From NCBI RefSeq assembly GCF_009914755.1, contig NC_060935.1: a stretch of DNA of 64,000 bases, one strand, 5' to 3'. Every line of letters starts with the position of its first letter. Within the stretch, counting starts at the first letter, position 1. Below, one piece after another: positions 43,295 to 58,893 of this stretch. The notes beneath the pieces were generated by a model, which saw only the letters and a list, made by a program, of their open reading frames with translations, was not told where the DNA came from and did not search any database. Made by a program: the position numbers and the translations under genes. The DNA is from the human T2T-CHM13v2.0 reference genome, Homo sapiens.

Positions 43295-44274
43295 CAGTAG
43301 TCACCACTTATCCATGGTTTCAGCTACTTACGGTCAACTATGATCTGAAAATATTAAATGGGAAATTCCAAAGATAATTTATACGTTTTAAATTGTGTGC
43401 CATTCTGAGTAGTGTAATGAAGTCTGACGCCATCCCACTCCATCCCACCCAGGACATGAATCTTGCCTTTGTCCAGCTTATCCTGGTCAACAAGGATAAT
43501 GTCTATGCTACCCAGCTGTCAGTCACTTAGTCACACAGTGGTTATTCAGACAACCACTGTCGCAGCATGCCAGTGCTTGTGTTCAGGTAACCCTTATTTT
43601 ACTTAATGGTGGCTCCAAAGGGTGAGAGTGGTAACGCAATTTGGTTATGACAAAGAAAAGCCCTCTAGTGCTTCCTTTAATAGGTGAAAGTTGCTGACTT
43701 AGTAAGGAAAGAAAAAAAATTGTATCCTGAGGTTGCTACAATCTCTGGTAACAATGAATCTTCTTTTTTTTTTTTTTTTTTTGAGACAGAGTCTCGCTGT
43801 GTCACCCAGGCTGGATTGCATTTGCGTAATCACGGCTCACTGCAACTTCCACCTCCTGGGTTCAGCCTCCCAAGTAGCTGGGATTACAGGCATGTACTAC
43901 CACGCCCAGCTAATTTTTGCCTTTTTAATAGAGATGGGGTTTCACCATGTTGGCCAGGCTGGTGTTGAACTCCTGACCTCAAGTGATCCACCAGCCTCGA
44001 CCTCCCAAAGTTCTGGGATTACGGGCGTGAACCACCACGCCCAGCCAAGAACGAATCTTCTACCCATGAAATTGTGAACAGTATATTGTTATAATTGTTC
44101 TTTTATTATTAGCTATTGTTGTTAATTTCTCACTGTGCCTAATTTATAAATTAAACTTTATTATAGGTTTGTATGAGAAAAAACATCATGTATCTAGGAT
44201 TCATTACTCTCCACGATTTCAGGCATCCAGTGGGGGTCTTGGAACATTTTCCCTGAGGATAAGGGAGACTAATT
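43295..44274 (+). mobile_element. MER44/Tigger7-derived DNA transposon, split by an Alu
   Basis: Degenerate TIRs cagtagtcaccacttatcc / ggataagggagactaatt. Includes a transposase N-terminal remnant ([26 protein letters not shown]). Confidence 0.82.
43765..44046 (-). mobile_element. AluS
   Basis: Antisense Alu with a small internal deletion. TSD aacaatgaatcttct / aagaacgaatcttct. Confidence 0.92.
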
Positions 44275-44941
44275 TATTACACTAGGGAAAACTGGCAACA
44301 AACACCCACACACATACATGTACAGCACAGTGTCGGGAAGGCTATGGAGGAACATAACTCAAGGAAGGCAGTGGAGAGTACCAGGAGCTTCTCTGAATAG
44401 CTTGGGCAGGGCAGGGCTCTCCAGGGAGGTGACTTTTGAGCAGACCTAAAATGCTTGCCCCAGGGGAAGAGCTTTCCAGGCAGAAAATTCAGCAAGTGGA
44501 AGGGCCCAGACATGCTTGGGGAGCTCAGAGACCATTAAGGAGACCCATGTAGCACAGTTCCTCTTGTTGGTAAAGAGTCTTGGCTTCAACTCTTGGCTTT
44601 CCTTCACTCTCACATCTAATCTGTCAGCAGCTCTGCCAGTTCTCTTCCAAAATACATCTTGAACTCACCTACCCCTTGTCTGTCCATGACCACCCTAATC
44701 CAGGCCCCTGTCATCTCTTCTGGCCTAGGTTACGGCCAGAGCCGCAAGCAAGTGCTTCCTAACCGGCCTCCCATAAATTCCAATCACATTTCTTCCCTGC
44801 TTAAAATTCTTCAGTAGTTTCCCATTGCCCTTTGACAACAGTCCAGCCTTCTTACCATGGCCTTTAAGACCCTGCATGATCTGGACCCTGCCTTCCTCTC
44901 CAGCCCCATGTCCTGACAATTAGGGCTTCAGCTACAAGGTC

Positions 44942-45345
44942 TGTATATTAGTTTGCTAGGGCACAGACTGGGTGGTATGGCTTAAACAACAGACATTTAT
45001 TTTCTCACAGTTCTGGAGGTTACAAGTTCTAGATCAAAGTGTTGGTAGGATTGGTTTCTTCTGAGGGCCATGAGGGAAGGATGCGTTCCAGGTATCTTTC
45101 CTGAGTTTATGAAAGGCCATCTCTTCCCTGAGCCTTCATATCGGCTTCCCTTTGTACATGCTGTGTCCAAATTTCCTCTTCTTAGAAGGATCAGTCCTTT
45201 GGACCCAAGGGTCCACTCTAATGACCTCATTTAACTTAATTACCTGTGTGAAGGCGCCATCTCCAAATACAGTCACATTCTGAGATGCTAGGAGTTAGGA
45301 CTTCAACATAAAAATTTTGTGGGGGACACAGTTCATTCTGTAACA
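44942..45345 (-). mobile_element. MaLR MLT1A/B-type solo LTR within an L2 relic
   Basis: tgtatattagtttgctaggg...ttaaacaacagacatttattttctcacagttctggagg...ggggacacagttcattctgtaaca. Confidence 0.82.
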
Positions 45346-45509
45346 GTCCTTTCTTTTTCTCAAGCACTACCAACTCTCTCTCACCTCTGGGCTTTCCTAC
45401 AACCATCACATGGGCAACCTCTTCTCCTCCTTCAGGTCTGAAAACATGGCATCTCCTCAGAGAAGCTTTCCCTGACCATCCCCATCAAGCTAGCTATGTC
45501 AATCTGTTT

Positions 45510-46460
45510 TGTTTCTTTTAGTATGGGAAAATTGACATATGGTAAAAATGTACAGGTTGTTAGTACACAATGTGATGAGCTTTGACAAAAGTGTACACCC
45601 TTATAACCACCAGACCAATGAAAATACCAAACGTTTTCATCACTCCCAGAAAACTCCCTCACTTTTTTTTTCAGTCAATATTCAGCTCACCCATAGGCAA
45701 CCACTTGTCTGATATAAACCACTATAGTTTTGCCTGTTCTTGAACTTCATATAAATGGATTTATTCAGTATGTACTCTTTTGTGTCTGACTTCTTTCACT
45801 CAAGATTCATCTATGTTATTGCATGTATGAGTATTTTATTCTCTTTTATACTGGGTACTATTCCATTTTATAAATATAATACTATTTGTTTATCCATTAT
45901 CCTATTGTTGGACATTTGGATTGCTTCCAGTGTGAAGCTAGTATGAAAAAAAAAACTGCCATAAACATTTTCATGTGTTTTCTTAACAAGTGTTTTCATT
46001 TATTTTGGATAAATATGTAGGAGTGGAATTTCTGGGTCATAGGGTAGGTATATGTTTAAGAAATTGTAGTCAAATTTACAAAGTTTTTGCACTGTTGCCT
46101 CTCCCACTAGCAGTATAACAGTTCTAATTCTAGTCTTAAACCTCACCAACATTTGTTGTTATTAATCTTTCTCATTTTAGCCATTCCACTGAATATGAAA
46201 TGATATAATTTCCTTATTCCTAATGATGTTGATCATCTTTCCACGTGTTTATTGGACATTTTTGTGTCTTCTTTCATTGAGGTATCTTTTCAAGCCTTTT
46301 GCCCAATTTCTAAACTGAGTTGCTTGTCTTTTTGTTATTCATTTGTAGGAACTATTTATATATTGTGGATACAAATCCTAATATTTTCTTGTGGTTGGTA
46401 GCTTGTCTTTCCATTAGTTGTCTGATAAGATAGTAGTTTTAATTTTGAATAAGACTTAAA
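45510..46460 (-). mobile_element. Old L1M (L1MC/ME-like) 3' fragment
   Basis: gatgagctttgacaaaagtgtacaccc...ttttgcctgttcttgaacttcatataaatgg...gtttatccatt...aggagtggaatttctgggtcataggg. Confidence 0.8.
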
Positions 46461-46857
46461 GCTACAGAATGTGCCCCAGGACTAAATTGTTTTGGAATAT
46501 TTTTTAGGAGGAAGATACTTGGGGTTCCCAGCAGGGCTACAATTTTCTTCAAGTTTGTTCTCATGGTGTTTCAAAGAGAGGATGAAGTTGTGGGTACTTA
46601 GCCACTGTGTGCACTATTGTAGATGTATTGGACTGGTTCACTCATTTTAAAACAACATTAAAAGAATTCCAGGTGCTTCCTCTATCCAATGGCCACCATG
46701 AAGCGCAAGACCAGGGGCCCATGTGTGGAAGAGGAATGGCTTAAATCTCTTCTAAATACTGTGGCCTTTGCTACTGAGTTCTGATATACCATAACTCTCC
46801 AAAACTATAATTACGTGTATATCCTCTCACCTGGTAATTCTCCTTCTAGAAATTTAA

Positions 46858-47256
<399 letters not shown>

Positions 47257-48924
47257 TAGGAAAACACCTAAAATAGTGGACTATTAAATATATGGTAGCC
47301 TAAAAACTCCATTTATTAGAATGCTATGAAATCCTTATTCTCTATACATTTATTTATTGATGGAGATACTTACTTACAATATTGTTGAATTAAAAAGGTT
47401 TCAAAATATTGTAATGTCATTTTTAAAAACCTTATATATGTGTGCATATATATATTTATGCCTGCATATATGTGTGTGTGTTTACATATATATAAAATAT
47501 ACATATATGCCTACATATATATGTATATGTGTGTATGTATTCTGTTTATAAAATCATGACCCAAACAGCTCAGTCTGAGAGAGTATCTAAGTCAAAAGAA
47601 CTCTGCCAACAAAAGTAATTTTAAAATACCTCTACTCCTTTACTTATATTTTTATATGTGAGAAGGCAAATACATCATACTCAGTAAAACTTTCTAAATT
47701 CCCTTAATTACTCTGCCATTCACATGCCACACCTGCTTCTGCACCTCTCTTGAAAATCTCACTATAAAATTCTGCAGTCCACACCTCTTCTGCCTCTCAT
47801 TGCCCATCCCCACTTCCTAGTCTCCATCACGCACACAATCTATGTGGCAAAGCGTGGGCTCTCCTTGGAAGTGGAAGAAGGAGAAACTGACCTGGGTCAA
47901 GCTCACACTCTCTGTAGTGGCCTGGGGCAGTGGGGAGAGCGTTGGCAGTGCTTTAGCATTCATAATCCTCATCCTATTTCATATGCATAGAAAACATCTG
48001 GAAGGATGTGCACGAGGTAAAAATGTTAACGGTAGTTATTTCTGGCGATCAGATTAGAGTAGATTTTAATTTTCTTCCTTTTGCTTATCTGTGTTTTCTA
48101 ATTTCCGACCATGAACAGACATTCCTTGATGAATATTTTTAGAATTTTTATTGAAGTATATCTTGATTAATTTATAAAAACAGCTTTTTGAAAAAAATGA
48201 GTTTCTCAGAGCTTTTCAAGAATAGGAAGTCAGAGAAGCAAGTATGGTCCATTCCAAGTTAAAGAGGTTTAAAAATACATTCTGTGTCCCAGATACGGTC
48301 CCAACCCAAGCCAACTGTCAGCCAACACTGGGAGATTTGTCTTTGTTCCTGTCTCCCCTCTTTTGTCAAATAAAAGCAAAAGGCATTTTCAGAAATATGC
48401 CAGTGAGGGAGAAGGGTTTAGGGCAAGTTCAGCCAGTAGATGTGATATCTCATATCTGAAAATGGACACAACTGCAGAGCTCCGAGAGACTGAGTGAGGA
48501 AACCCACGTGGAAAAGCCAGCACAGAGCTGGCACACCACAGGTCCTCGAGTCAATTTGAGCACCTACTATATTTGTTCGCTAAACAGACAATTACAGCTT
48601 CACCTCTGGGGAAGGTCCCGGATTGGGGGCTGTGAATACAATGATTATAAGACACTGACCCAACCCTGAAGGAGTTCCCAGTCTATGGAAGGAGACAGAT
48701 AACAGCAACAATAATAATTGCAGCTAACATTTATTAAACAAATGCTGATGTGCCAGATACTGTGGCACATATATAATATAAATGCTTTGTATTTATACAT
48801 TGATGCTTTTCATCCTTATAGTAATCTATAAGGTAGATTATCTCAATAAGTATTTTATCTTCTTTTCTGGTCACAGAAATTTGTTTGACTCTGTCAGAGC
48901 CCACAACTATAGTATGGTAATGGA

Positions 48925-48928
<4 letters not shown>

Positions 48929-48972
<44 letters not shown>
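48929..48972. repeat. (TA)22 microsatellite at the head of a MIR (about 48975-49210)
   Basis: Perfect TA run followed by cagtgggtaagagc...aatttcctcttctgtaaagtggg...acagtgcctggcatgtaa. Confidence 0.95.
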
Positions 48973-48978
<6 letters not shown>

Positions 48979-49658
48979 GTGGGTAAGAGCTTAGGTGACG
49001 GAATCAAACTGTCTGTGTTCAAATCTCAGTCCTGCTAATTATGGGGAACACATTTGTCTTTCAGTGCCTTAATTTCCTCTTCTGTAAAGTGGGAATATTC
49101 ATAGTTGTTACTTCATAAGTTCTTATAAGGACAAAAAGAGCCGATATGTTTAAAGTACTTAAAACAGTGCCTGGCATGTAAGCTGTTAATAAATATTAGC
49201 TGCTATTATTGGTATTGTTATTATTTGTTTCCTGCCATTGACTGGGAGCTCCTTGAGGGCTGGGTCACTATCTTATTAAGTATTGTATCCATCACCCCCA
49301 ACCCAGGGTCTAGTACAGGGTTGAAACCAATAATTGTCTGTTAAGCAAAAGGACAAACTTATCACTACTCAATATGTTTTAGTGGGGGAGGGAGGTGCAG
49401 GGATGTTTCTCTTCATGAGTAGATGTCAGATTCCCCCAAAGATGATGATAATAGGAGGAGTATGGCATCTCCTAGAGCAAGTAGAGTCCAAGAAACATAA
49501 ATGTCAGACCATAGTTCAACTCTCCCATTTTACAGATGAGGAGCCTGAGGCTTAGGGGGTTCCTGCAACTTCTTATTGTCATGCAACTCATTAGCATTGG
49601 AAGAAATGTGTTAGGGAAAGTGGGCCTTTTATCTTAACCTCAACTTCCACCTCAAGGG

Positions 49659-50195
49659 TGTTATAAATAAAGTTACGGTGCTGCAAAAGAAATAGCACTT
49701 GAATGTAAAATTTTCTTTTCAATTCTCAGCAAGGCAAGTTACTTCTATAGAAGGGTGCACCCTTATAGATGGAGCAATGGTGAGCGCACACTTGGATAAG
49801 GGAGGGGAAGGGGTTCTCACCCCTGACGCATGTGGCCTCTGCTGCTGTATCGTTCCCCTATTGGCTAAGGTTAGACTGCACAGGCTAAACTAATTCCGAT
49901 TGGCTGATTTAAAGAGAGTGACGGGGTGAGTGGTTTGGGGGGGTGGAAATGGTTATGACAGAGCAGGTAATTGGAATGAGTCAGGGTAGAGTAGGTAATC
50001 AGAATGAGTCAGGGTGGAGCAGGTAATCGGAATGAGTCAGGGTGGAGCAGGTAATTGGAATGAGTCAGGGTGAACCAGGTAATCGAAAAAGGTTTCTTTA
50101 CAAGGAAGTTAAGTTTAAAAGTAGAAGGCAAAGAATTGAGCATACTGACATACTGATTCTTTGAAAAGAAATTTAGAACTTCTATCTATCTAACA
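49659..50195 (-). mobile_element. ERV1 solo LTR, LTR10 family (LTR10A/F-like)
   Basis: TG...CA termini, 537 bp, 4-bp TSD AGGG (49655-49658 / 50196-50199). The minus strand starts TGTTAGATAG...AGTTCTAAATTTCTTTTCAAAGAATCAGTATGTCAGTATG. Internal 28-bp VNTR. Confidence 0.85.
49961..50085. promoter_or_regulatory. 28-bp tandem repeat (4.5 copies) with four perfect AP-1 sites
   Basis: Unit gagcaggtaatyggaaTGAGTCAgggtg, with TGAGTCA at 49977, 50005, 50033 and 50061. Confidence 0.85.
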
Positions 50196-52409
50196 AGGGG
50201 AAGTGGACAGAATTTATTTCAGTTTAAGTTCACAAAGCTTGATTGAATGCCAAGTGCCTGTGCTAGGCTCCTGAGAAACAGAGGTGAAATGGGTTCAGGG
50301 AGTATCCAGTCTTGGGGAAGTCATACTTTAAGTAAGCAAATCCAAGTGTGATGAGAGGAAGCCAGGTATAATGAGAGCTAGTCTTGTTTCTATCTGTAGC
50401 TATCGAGAGATGATTGGTGGCCGCATCAAGCCTGTGGAGAGTATACTTGGACCTTCCAATTAAAGGGAACTCCCCATGCAGAATGGAAACCCTGTGGGGG
50501 AAGCAGAGGCTGATCTTCATTTGGGGATCATGGGGTAGGTGGCAGTGGGAGCCTGGAGAAAAAGTCTCCACCTTCCCAGCAAAGGTAGCACTTATGTATG
50601 TGTGTATATATATAACATATATATGTGTGGTGGCCTAGCACTCCCCTACCAACCTTACTCGGAGAACTCACCCACCCCCAGTACTACCCCACCCCAGGGC
50701 TCTTGGGGCAGTGGGAATAGGGAGATGTTGCTAAGGAGTATGCTTTTGCCCTAAGGCACAACTATAAATTCATGTGATAATAGATCTACCAATATGTCTG
50801 GAAATGCACAGCACAGCTCAGGGGTGGGGAAATTGTACCTCAGCTCACCCCTGTGCTGTTAATCTCCCACCTGGGAGCAGTTGAGCATTAAGCCTCCGTT
50901 ATGTATCAGGGAGACTCTGGATGTAGGGAGGAAGGGCCTTGTGTGGCTAGCAACCAGCACGAACAGGACATTTACATGAGAGGCAGTGCCGTGCTGCAGG
51001 ATGTGCATGGGTCAGGAGCTGGGAGCAGGAGGCTCTGCCATTGCCTGCTTCTGCATAACTTTAGATAAGTCACCTCCCCATATGTAAAATGGGGCTTGAG
51101 TTTAATGATCTCCTAAAGTCCCTTCAGGCTCTGAAATTCAGTTCTGAATGTTCTATGCATTGTGAAGAACGTAACTTTCAAGGGTTGCATTCGTGTTCTA
51201 GAAGGTATCGCCAGGCAAAACCACATCTCAACAGGCAGATCTGCTGGCTTTCAGGGAGCACATTTCCCACTCAGCGACCTTAAGCTTTTTCTCTTAAGAG
51301 CTTCTAAGAGCAGAAGAGCCCCAATATGTCCCCCAGCCCAGGAGTTTGGGGGGCATGCACCCAGGCATGAAATGTCTTTGAGTTCTTGTTTATGATCGCA
51401 AAGGTAACTTTACATTCTACTCCAGAATCTGTCCTTGCTCTTATTAGTATAAAAATATTACAATATTTTAAATTACTTACTGTAGATGTTTGTTGATAAA
51501 TCTAGACTTAGAGGCTGATAGAAAACCTCACTTTTCATCTTGAACTTTAGCCAAGTCCTAACTCTAGGAGATAAGATGACAAGAAACGTGTAATTTTTTT
51601 GTGCTTTCTATATTTTCACTTTCTTTGCTAATGAGCATGTATTAATTTAATGCTAAAAAGGTAAATATACTTTTTAAAATGAAGTATAATGCAGTTATGA
51701 CCTTCATGTGTAATATTTAAGGAGGGAAGGACTCCCCATTTTGGGTGAATTCCCTCATTTACTTGCTGTGCTTATTTTATATATCAAGGTGCTTTATACA
51801 TAGTAATTACATGGAAATATGTGTGGTTGAATGAATAAAGTAATAGTGATGATTATGATGATGACAGCAACTAGTATTGTTTTTACCATGTGCTACTATT
51901 CTAAAATCTTTAGATGTACCTTTATTTAATCCTTATAAAAGCCTTTGAGGCAGTATTATCCTCATTTTACAGATGAGGAAACTGAAATACCAGAAAGTTA
52001 AAGTAACTCTCCTGGTTGGAATGTTTTGAACACCCTGTCTTTTATCTTCTCTGTGCACCTTTATGGGGTCTAGCTATTGCTGTGGCATCCGCCACAAGGC
52101 AGCAGCCTCCCCGTATTGCCTTGGCAGTCCCTATCTCTTCCCTTCTGTGTTCTTGCACCTTGAGATTCATGCACGTCCAGACTGGTGGAATAAACTCCTA
52201 CAGGCATCCCCACCTAATGATGGCACAGAAGCCTCAGAGCAAGAAAGCAGACACTTACGAAGCAAGCATTCATTAGCAGGCAAGCACGAGACCGTCCATG
52301 CAGCCTGTTCTGGAAGCTTATGAAGTTCCAGCTGTCTGCCCACCCTGGTACTGAAGCTGCTCGCTGGAATGAAAGGTTCAGTGAAGAAAGGCAGGAGAAC
52401 GTTCTAGAT

Positions 52410-52525
52410 CAGTAGATTTCAAATTTGAACAGGCATCGGAATCTCCTGGCGGGCTTATTAAAGCACAGATGGCTGGGCCTCACCCCCAGAGCTTCTGATT
52501 GCGTACCACGCTTTAAGAGCTGTGA
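52410..52525. mobile_element. MER5A fragment
   Basis: cagtagatttcaaattt...gcatcggaatctcctggcgggcttattaaagcacagatggctgggcctcaccccagagcttctgatt. Confidence 0.75.
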
Positions 52526-53025
52526 TCTAGAAGCAGGATTTTGTTATTCTGTCTGATAAGTAGCATCAGGCAATCAGCACTTCCTTAACCAAAGGCTGGA
52601 CACAGGACCATTTAGGGAGTGAATCTAGAATGCTACCCCTCCAGGTGTAGATTACAAGACATTCCAGGGTCTTATACCCTAAGGCATAGGGGTGGGGAAT
52701 GTCTCTAAAAGATTTTAGAAAGTACCGTTAATGTCATCGGTGAAAGCCATTTCTCGAGTCTGTTACACTAACAGGCAGAGCCTGCAGCATTGGTCAATCT
52801 ATGGGCAACTGAAGTGCACACCGATAGCCAGAGTGTGGCCTTCCTGATAGAGTGCTGGCTGAGTACCCCAGTAGTGTGAATTCCTAGATAGGGCACGTAG
52901 GATATAATTTAAATTAGCACAGATGCATCCTAGCACCTGTCCAAGTGAATGTTTTAGAGTAAATTACAGAGCACCTTCACGGGAAGGAAAGTAAACACAT
53001 CAATGGGCTTTGTTTCCTCCCACAG

Positions 53026-53376
53026 ACTGAGCCTGAAATCATAGAGGAAACCAACATTGACAGAGTTCCTGAGCCCCGGGGCTATTCCAGGTCTCGACAG
53101 GTGAAAGGCCACTCGGAGACCTCCACGCTGAGCTCCCAGCCATCCATCGACGAGGTCAGGCAGCAGATGCACATGCTGCTGGAGGAGGCCTTCAGCCTGG
53201 CATCCGCGGGCCACGCAGGCCAGAGCCGGCACCAAGAGGCCTACGGCTCAGCCCAGCACCTGCCCTATTCGGAGGTGGTGACCAGCGCTCCGGGGACCAT
53301 GACGCGGCCCAGGGCCGGGGTGCAGTGGGTGCCGACCTACCGCCCAGAAATGTATCAGTACAGTCTGCCCCGGCCG
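53026..53376 (+). CDS. KIAA1549L: KIAA1549L internal coding exon (TEPEIIEETNIDRVPEP...QPSIDEVRQQMHMLLEEAFSLAS...YQYSLPRP)
   Basis: Acceptor tgtttcctcccacAG and donor CCG|GTAAGT at 53377. 351 nt = 117 codons, phase 0/0. QPSIDEVRQQMHMLLEEAFSL parallels KIAA1549 QPSIEEARQTMHSLLDDAFAL. Confidence 0.95.
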
Positions 53377-53816
53377 GTAAGTCATTCATCCCACCCACCT
53401 GCCATCATCTGGTCAGTCTGCCCAGTGAGTTCCAACAGGAGACTCAGAGCAGGGGCTTCTACAGATAAAAAGCTTTGGGATCTGGAGATGAACTATGCCA
53501 GGCCCTCATCCCATCATCCCATCTTCCACCCATGATCCAAAGCCTAAGCTTTTTGACTCCTGTGGACAATGCACGTGAGAATCCCTTCTCTCCAGCCATA
53601 ATGTATTTTAGAATGAATTGCCTTTTCTACTATCCCTTCTATAAATGGCTGACCATATTCTTCACGCACTGGTGGTTTCCTACACTTTCAAGCCTGAGAC
53701 CCATTTTAAATATCAAAAGGCATCTCAGAGCCACATGCTAAGGGGTTGTGTGGCCTGGTGGTTTAAGCGCACAGGCTTTGAGCCAGATGGCTCGAATTTA
53801 AATCTCAGGTCTACCA

Positions 53817-54282
53817 GATGAAAGTTGACAGAATCAGAATGGAATCACTTGTGTTAAATAAAATTAAATGAAAAATTTTGAAAACCTGGCAAATAGAGCC
53901 AAGGAAGGCCAGGGAGAGTTTCATGCATAAATCCATGATAGCAAGAACTATCATAAAAGACTCTGCAAAAATCACAATCTTGCACAAAGGCCATTGCAAC
54001 CTTACACACACACAAAATACTTGTGCGAGGACATCTGTCCAGCAACTGCCTGTCCAGGCTTGGACTGGTACCACACTTGTCATTGATTTTTGCAGCCAAG
54101 AATAATTATTTCAAAACAATTATGCAATCCTCCCCCTTTTTCCTTTAAAAACTTGTGTCTTCCTTTGCCTCCCTGAACACAGTTTACTATGGCATGGGTA
54201 TTCCCATTGCAATAACCATTCCCAAATAAACATCATTATTTTTAGAGACCAAAAAAAAAAAAATCTGTTATTTAGGTTGACA
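53817..54282 (+). mobile_element. ERV1 solo LTR (MER65-like) inserted into a MIR
   Basis: tgaaagttgacagaatcagaatggaatcac...cccaaataaacatc...ttaggttgaCA. TSD acca / gcca. MIR halves at about 53745-53816 and 54283-54435. Confidence 0.7.
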
Positions 54283-54396
54283 GCCACTTCCTGGCTTTGT
54301 AACTTGGGGAAATTATTTAAATTCTTTACAAATAAGAAAAATAAGCTACGTCCTAGACTTGTAAAGATTAAATGAGTTGATGTATGTAAGGTACTA

Positions 54397-54814
<418 letters not shown>

Positions 54815-55275
54815 TTACACTTGATCTTTGTATCACAAAAACCGAGAAGTTATAAGTTTTTGTGACTTAAATCACAATTTTAATTAGTTTGCATTTCATT
54901 CATCACCATAGCATCTAAAATATATATTTTTAAAAAGACATAGTTTTATAAACCATAGACTGTAATAGACAATGCCTTGTGCATGTATAGATGCCAGATT
55001 CTAGGAATCTGGGATGAGTTCTGGGTTTCAGAGAGAAAGGCCTAGACAGCCAGATCAAGTCTTCCAACAGGTAAGAAGATGCGATGGCCCATAGCCATCG
55101 TATCTCAATTTTGTAAAACCATCTAAAAAAAAAATCCATTGTGGGTCATATGATGAAAACTTAAATGGTTCTGCTTATTATAATTGGGGCTTAGTGTTTG
55201 TGGCAAGAAGGACAAAAACATCAGCATTATATATATATTATAAATGAAGCCACCTACAGTGGAAAAGGACTGTGA

Positions 55276-55627
<352 letters not shown>

Positions 55628-55758
55628 GAATCAGAACATTATTAAACGCAGTCTTTTGTTATTAAGGTTTCCTTCTTTATCAACAACCTGTGAGGTCTGT
55701 ATTTTCAGGAAAGGAGAAAATAGCTAACAATACAGAGTAGAAATGATGATGATTCTTA

Positions 55759-57575
<1,817 letters not shown>

Positions 57576-57879
57576 AAATACACTAGGCCAGGCTAATGGC
57601 ATTTATACCATGGAAAAGGTTACTGCTGGTGGCCTGGGATTTCTGCACTGCAGTTCAGGAGACTCTTGATCATATTTTACCCGTTAACTCTGTGAAGAAA
57701 TTGGACTCCACATCTAATGTCCAATCCAATTTTGCTAGCAGTCATAATGGATCTATGCCAAGCAGAATTAAAACATCCTACAGCCTTCCTGTTGTTGGGA
57801 GACAAGAAGGGGATTTCAAAAAAGACAACAGGGCTAACACATCTTCCCCACTAGACTCTTTACAGATGGAATTAATGGT

Positions 57880-58135
57880 AATAAAAATAACAGCAACAGT
57901 TGGCATCTGTTGAGCTCCCATTGTCTACTGGACACAGCTAAGTGCTATGTAGAAATTATCTCTTCTAATCCGACAACCACCCTTTGAGATCAATATTATT
58001 ATCCCAAAGTACTCAGTGAGGAAACTGAAGCTTGGAGAAGTAAAGAAACTTGCCCAAGTTTATGCAGCAGTAAATGGCAGAACTGGAGTTAGAACCTAGA
58101 GCTGCCTAACTTCAAATCCCACGCTCTTTCTACCC
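57880..58135 (-). mobile_element. MIR
   Basis: tgaggaaactgaagcttggagaagtaaagaaacttgcccaag...gcagtaaatggcagaactgg. Confidence 0.8.
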
Positions 58136-58229
58136 GCTGGGTGACTTATAGGGACATCTTCCAGGCTCTGATGAGAACTTGAATATCCAAACTTTGGAAT
58201 ATAATCTTCTTATAAGGAAGCTTACCCAA

Positions 58230-58522
58230 GGCTGGGCTTTGTGGCTCATGCCTGTAACCCCAGCACTTTGGGAGGCTCGCTTGAGACCAGGAATGTAAGA
58301 CAAGCCCTGAGCAATATAATGAGATCCTGTCTCTACGGGGGAAAAAAAAAAAAAAAAAAAAAATTGGCTGGGCCTGTAGTCCTAGCTACTTGGGAGGCTG
58401 AGTTGGGAGATCTCTTGAGTCCAGAAGTTCAAGGTTGCAGTGAGCTATGATGACACCATTGTACTCCAGCCTGGGTAATAGAGCAAGACCTTGTCTCTAT
58501 TGTAAAAAAAAAAAAAAAAAAA
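58230..58522 (+). mobile_element. AluJ with internal deletions
   Basis: ggctgggctttgtggctcatgcctgtaacccc...aaggttgcagtgagctatgat, an A tail and TSD gaag...cttaccca. Confidence 0.88.
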
Positions 58523-58759
58523 TGAAGCAGCAGCAGCAGCAGCTTACCCAGTTGGAGTTTTGTCCATTCTTATCATTGCCCTAGTAAGGGAGGCATCTCC
58601 ATTAGGGTAAAATTGGGAATTTTATGGTCTTTTTTTCCTCCTCTCCTCATAAAAACAAACAACTCCCCCCAAGCCTTTGTTAATGAGGAAATATGCAGAT
58701 ATATCAGCTATGACTTCGATTCTGCCACAACACTTGGATTCAAGAAGTGTTGCATTTCT

Positions 58760-58893
58760 GCATCTGTAGTTCCAGCTACTAGGAGGCTGAAGTTGGAGAA
58801 TTGCTTGAGCCCAGGAGTTCGAGGCTGGCCTGGGCAACACAGCACAATCCCATCTCAAAAAAAAAAAAAAAAAGGAAAGAAAGAAAAAAGAAA
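58760..58893 (+). mobile_element. 5'-truncated Alu monomer (FLAM/FRAM-like)
   Basis: Single arm plus A-rich tail. TSD aagaagtgttgcatttct / aagaaatgttacatttct. Confidence 0.82.

Noticed and set aside
49961-50085. Regularly spaced 28-bp repeats as a CRISPR array
   Set aside because: The units are contiguous with no unique spacers, lie inside an ERV LTR, and the DNA is human.
52165-52323. Possible extra exon IHARPDWWNKLLQASPP... after a pyrimidine tract, in phase 0
   Set aside because: The acceptor is the rare GAG, the only nearby donor is a GC type giving a frameshifting 115 nt, and the frame ends in a stop. There is no family similarity.
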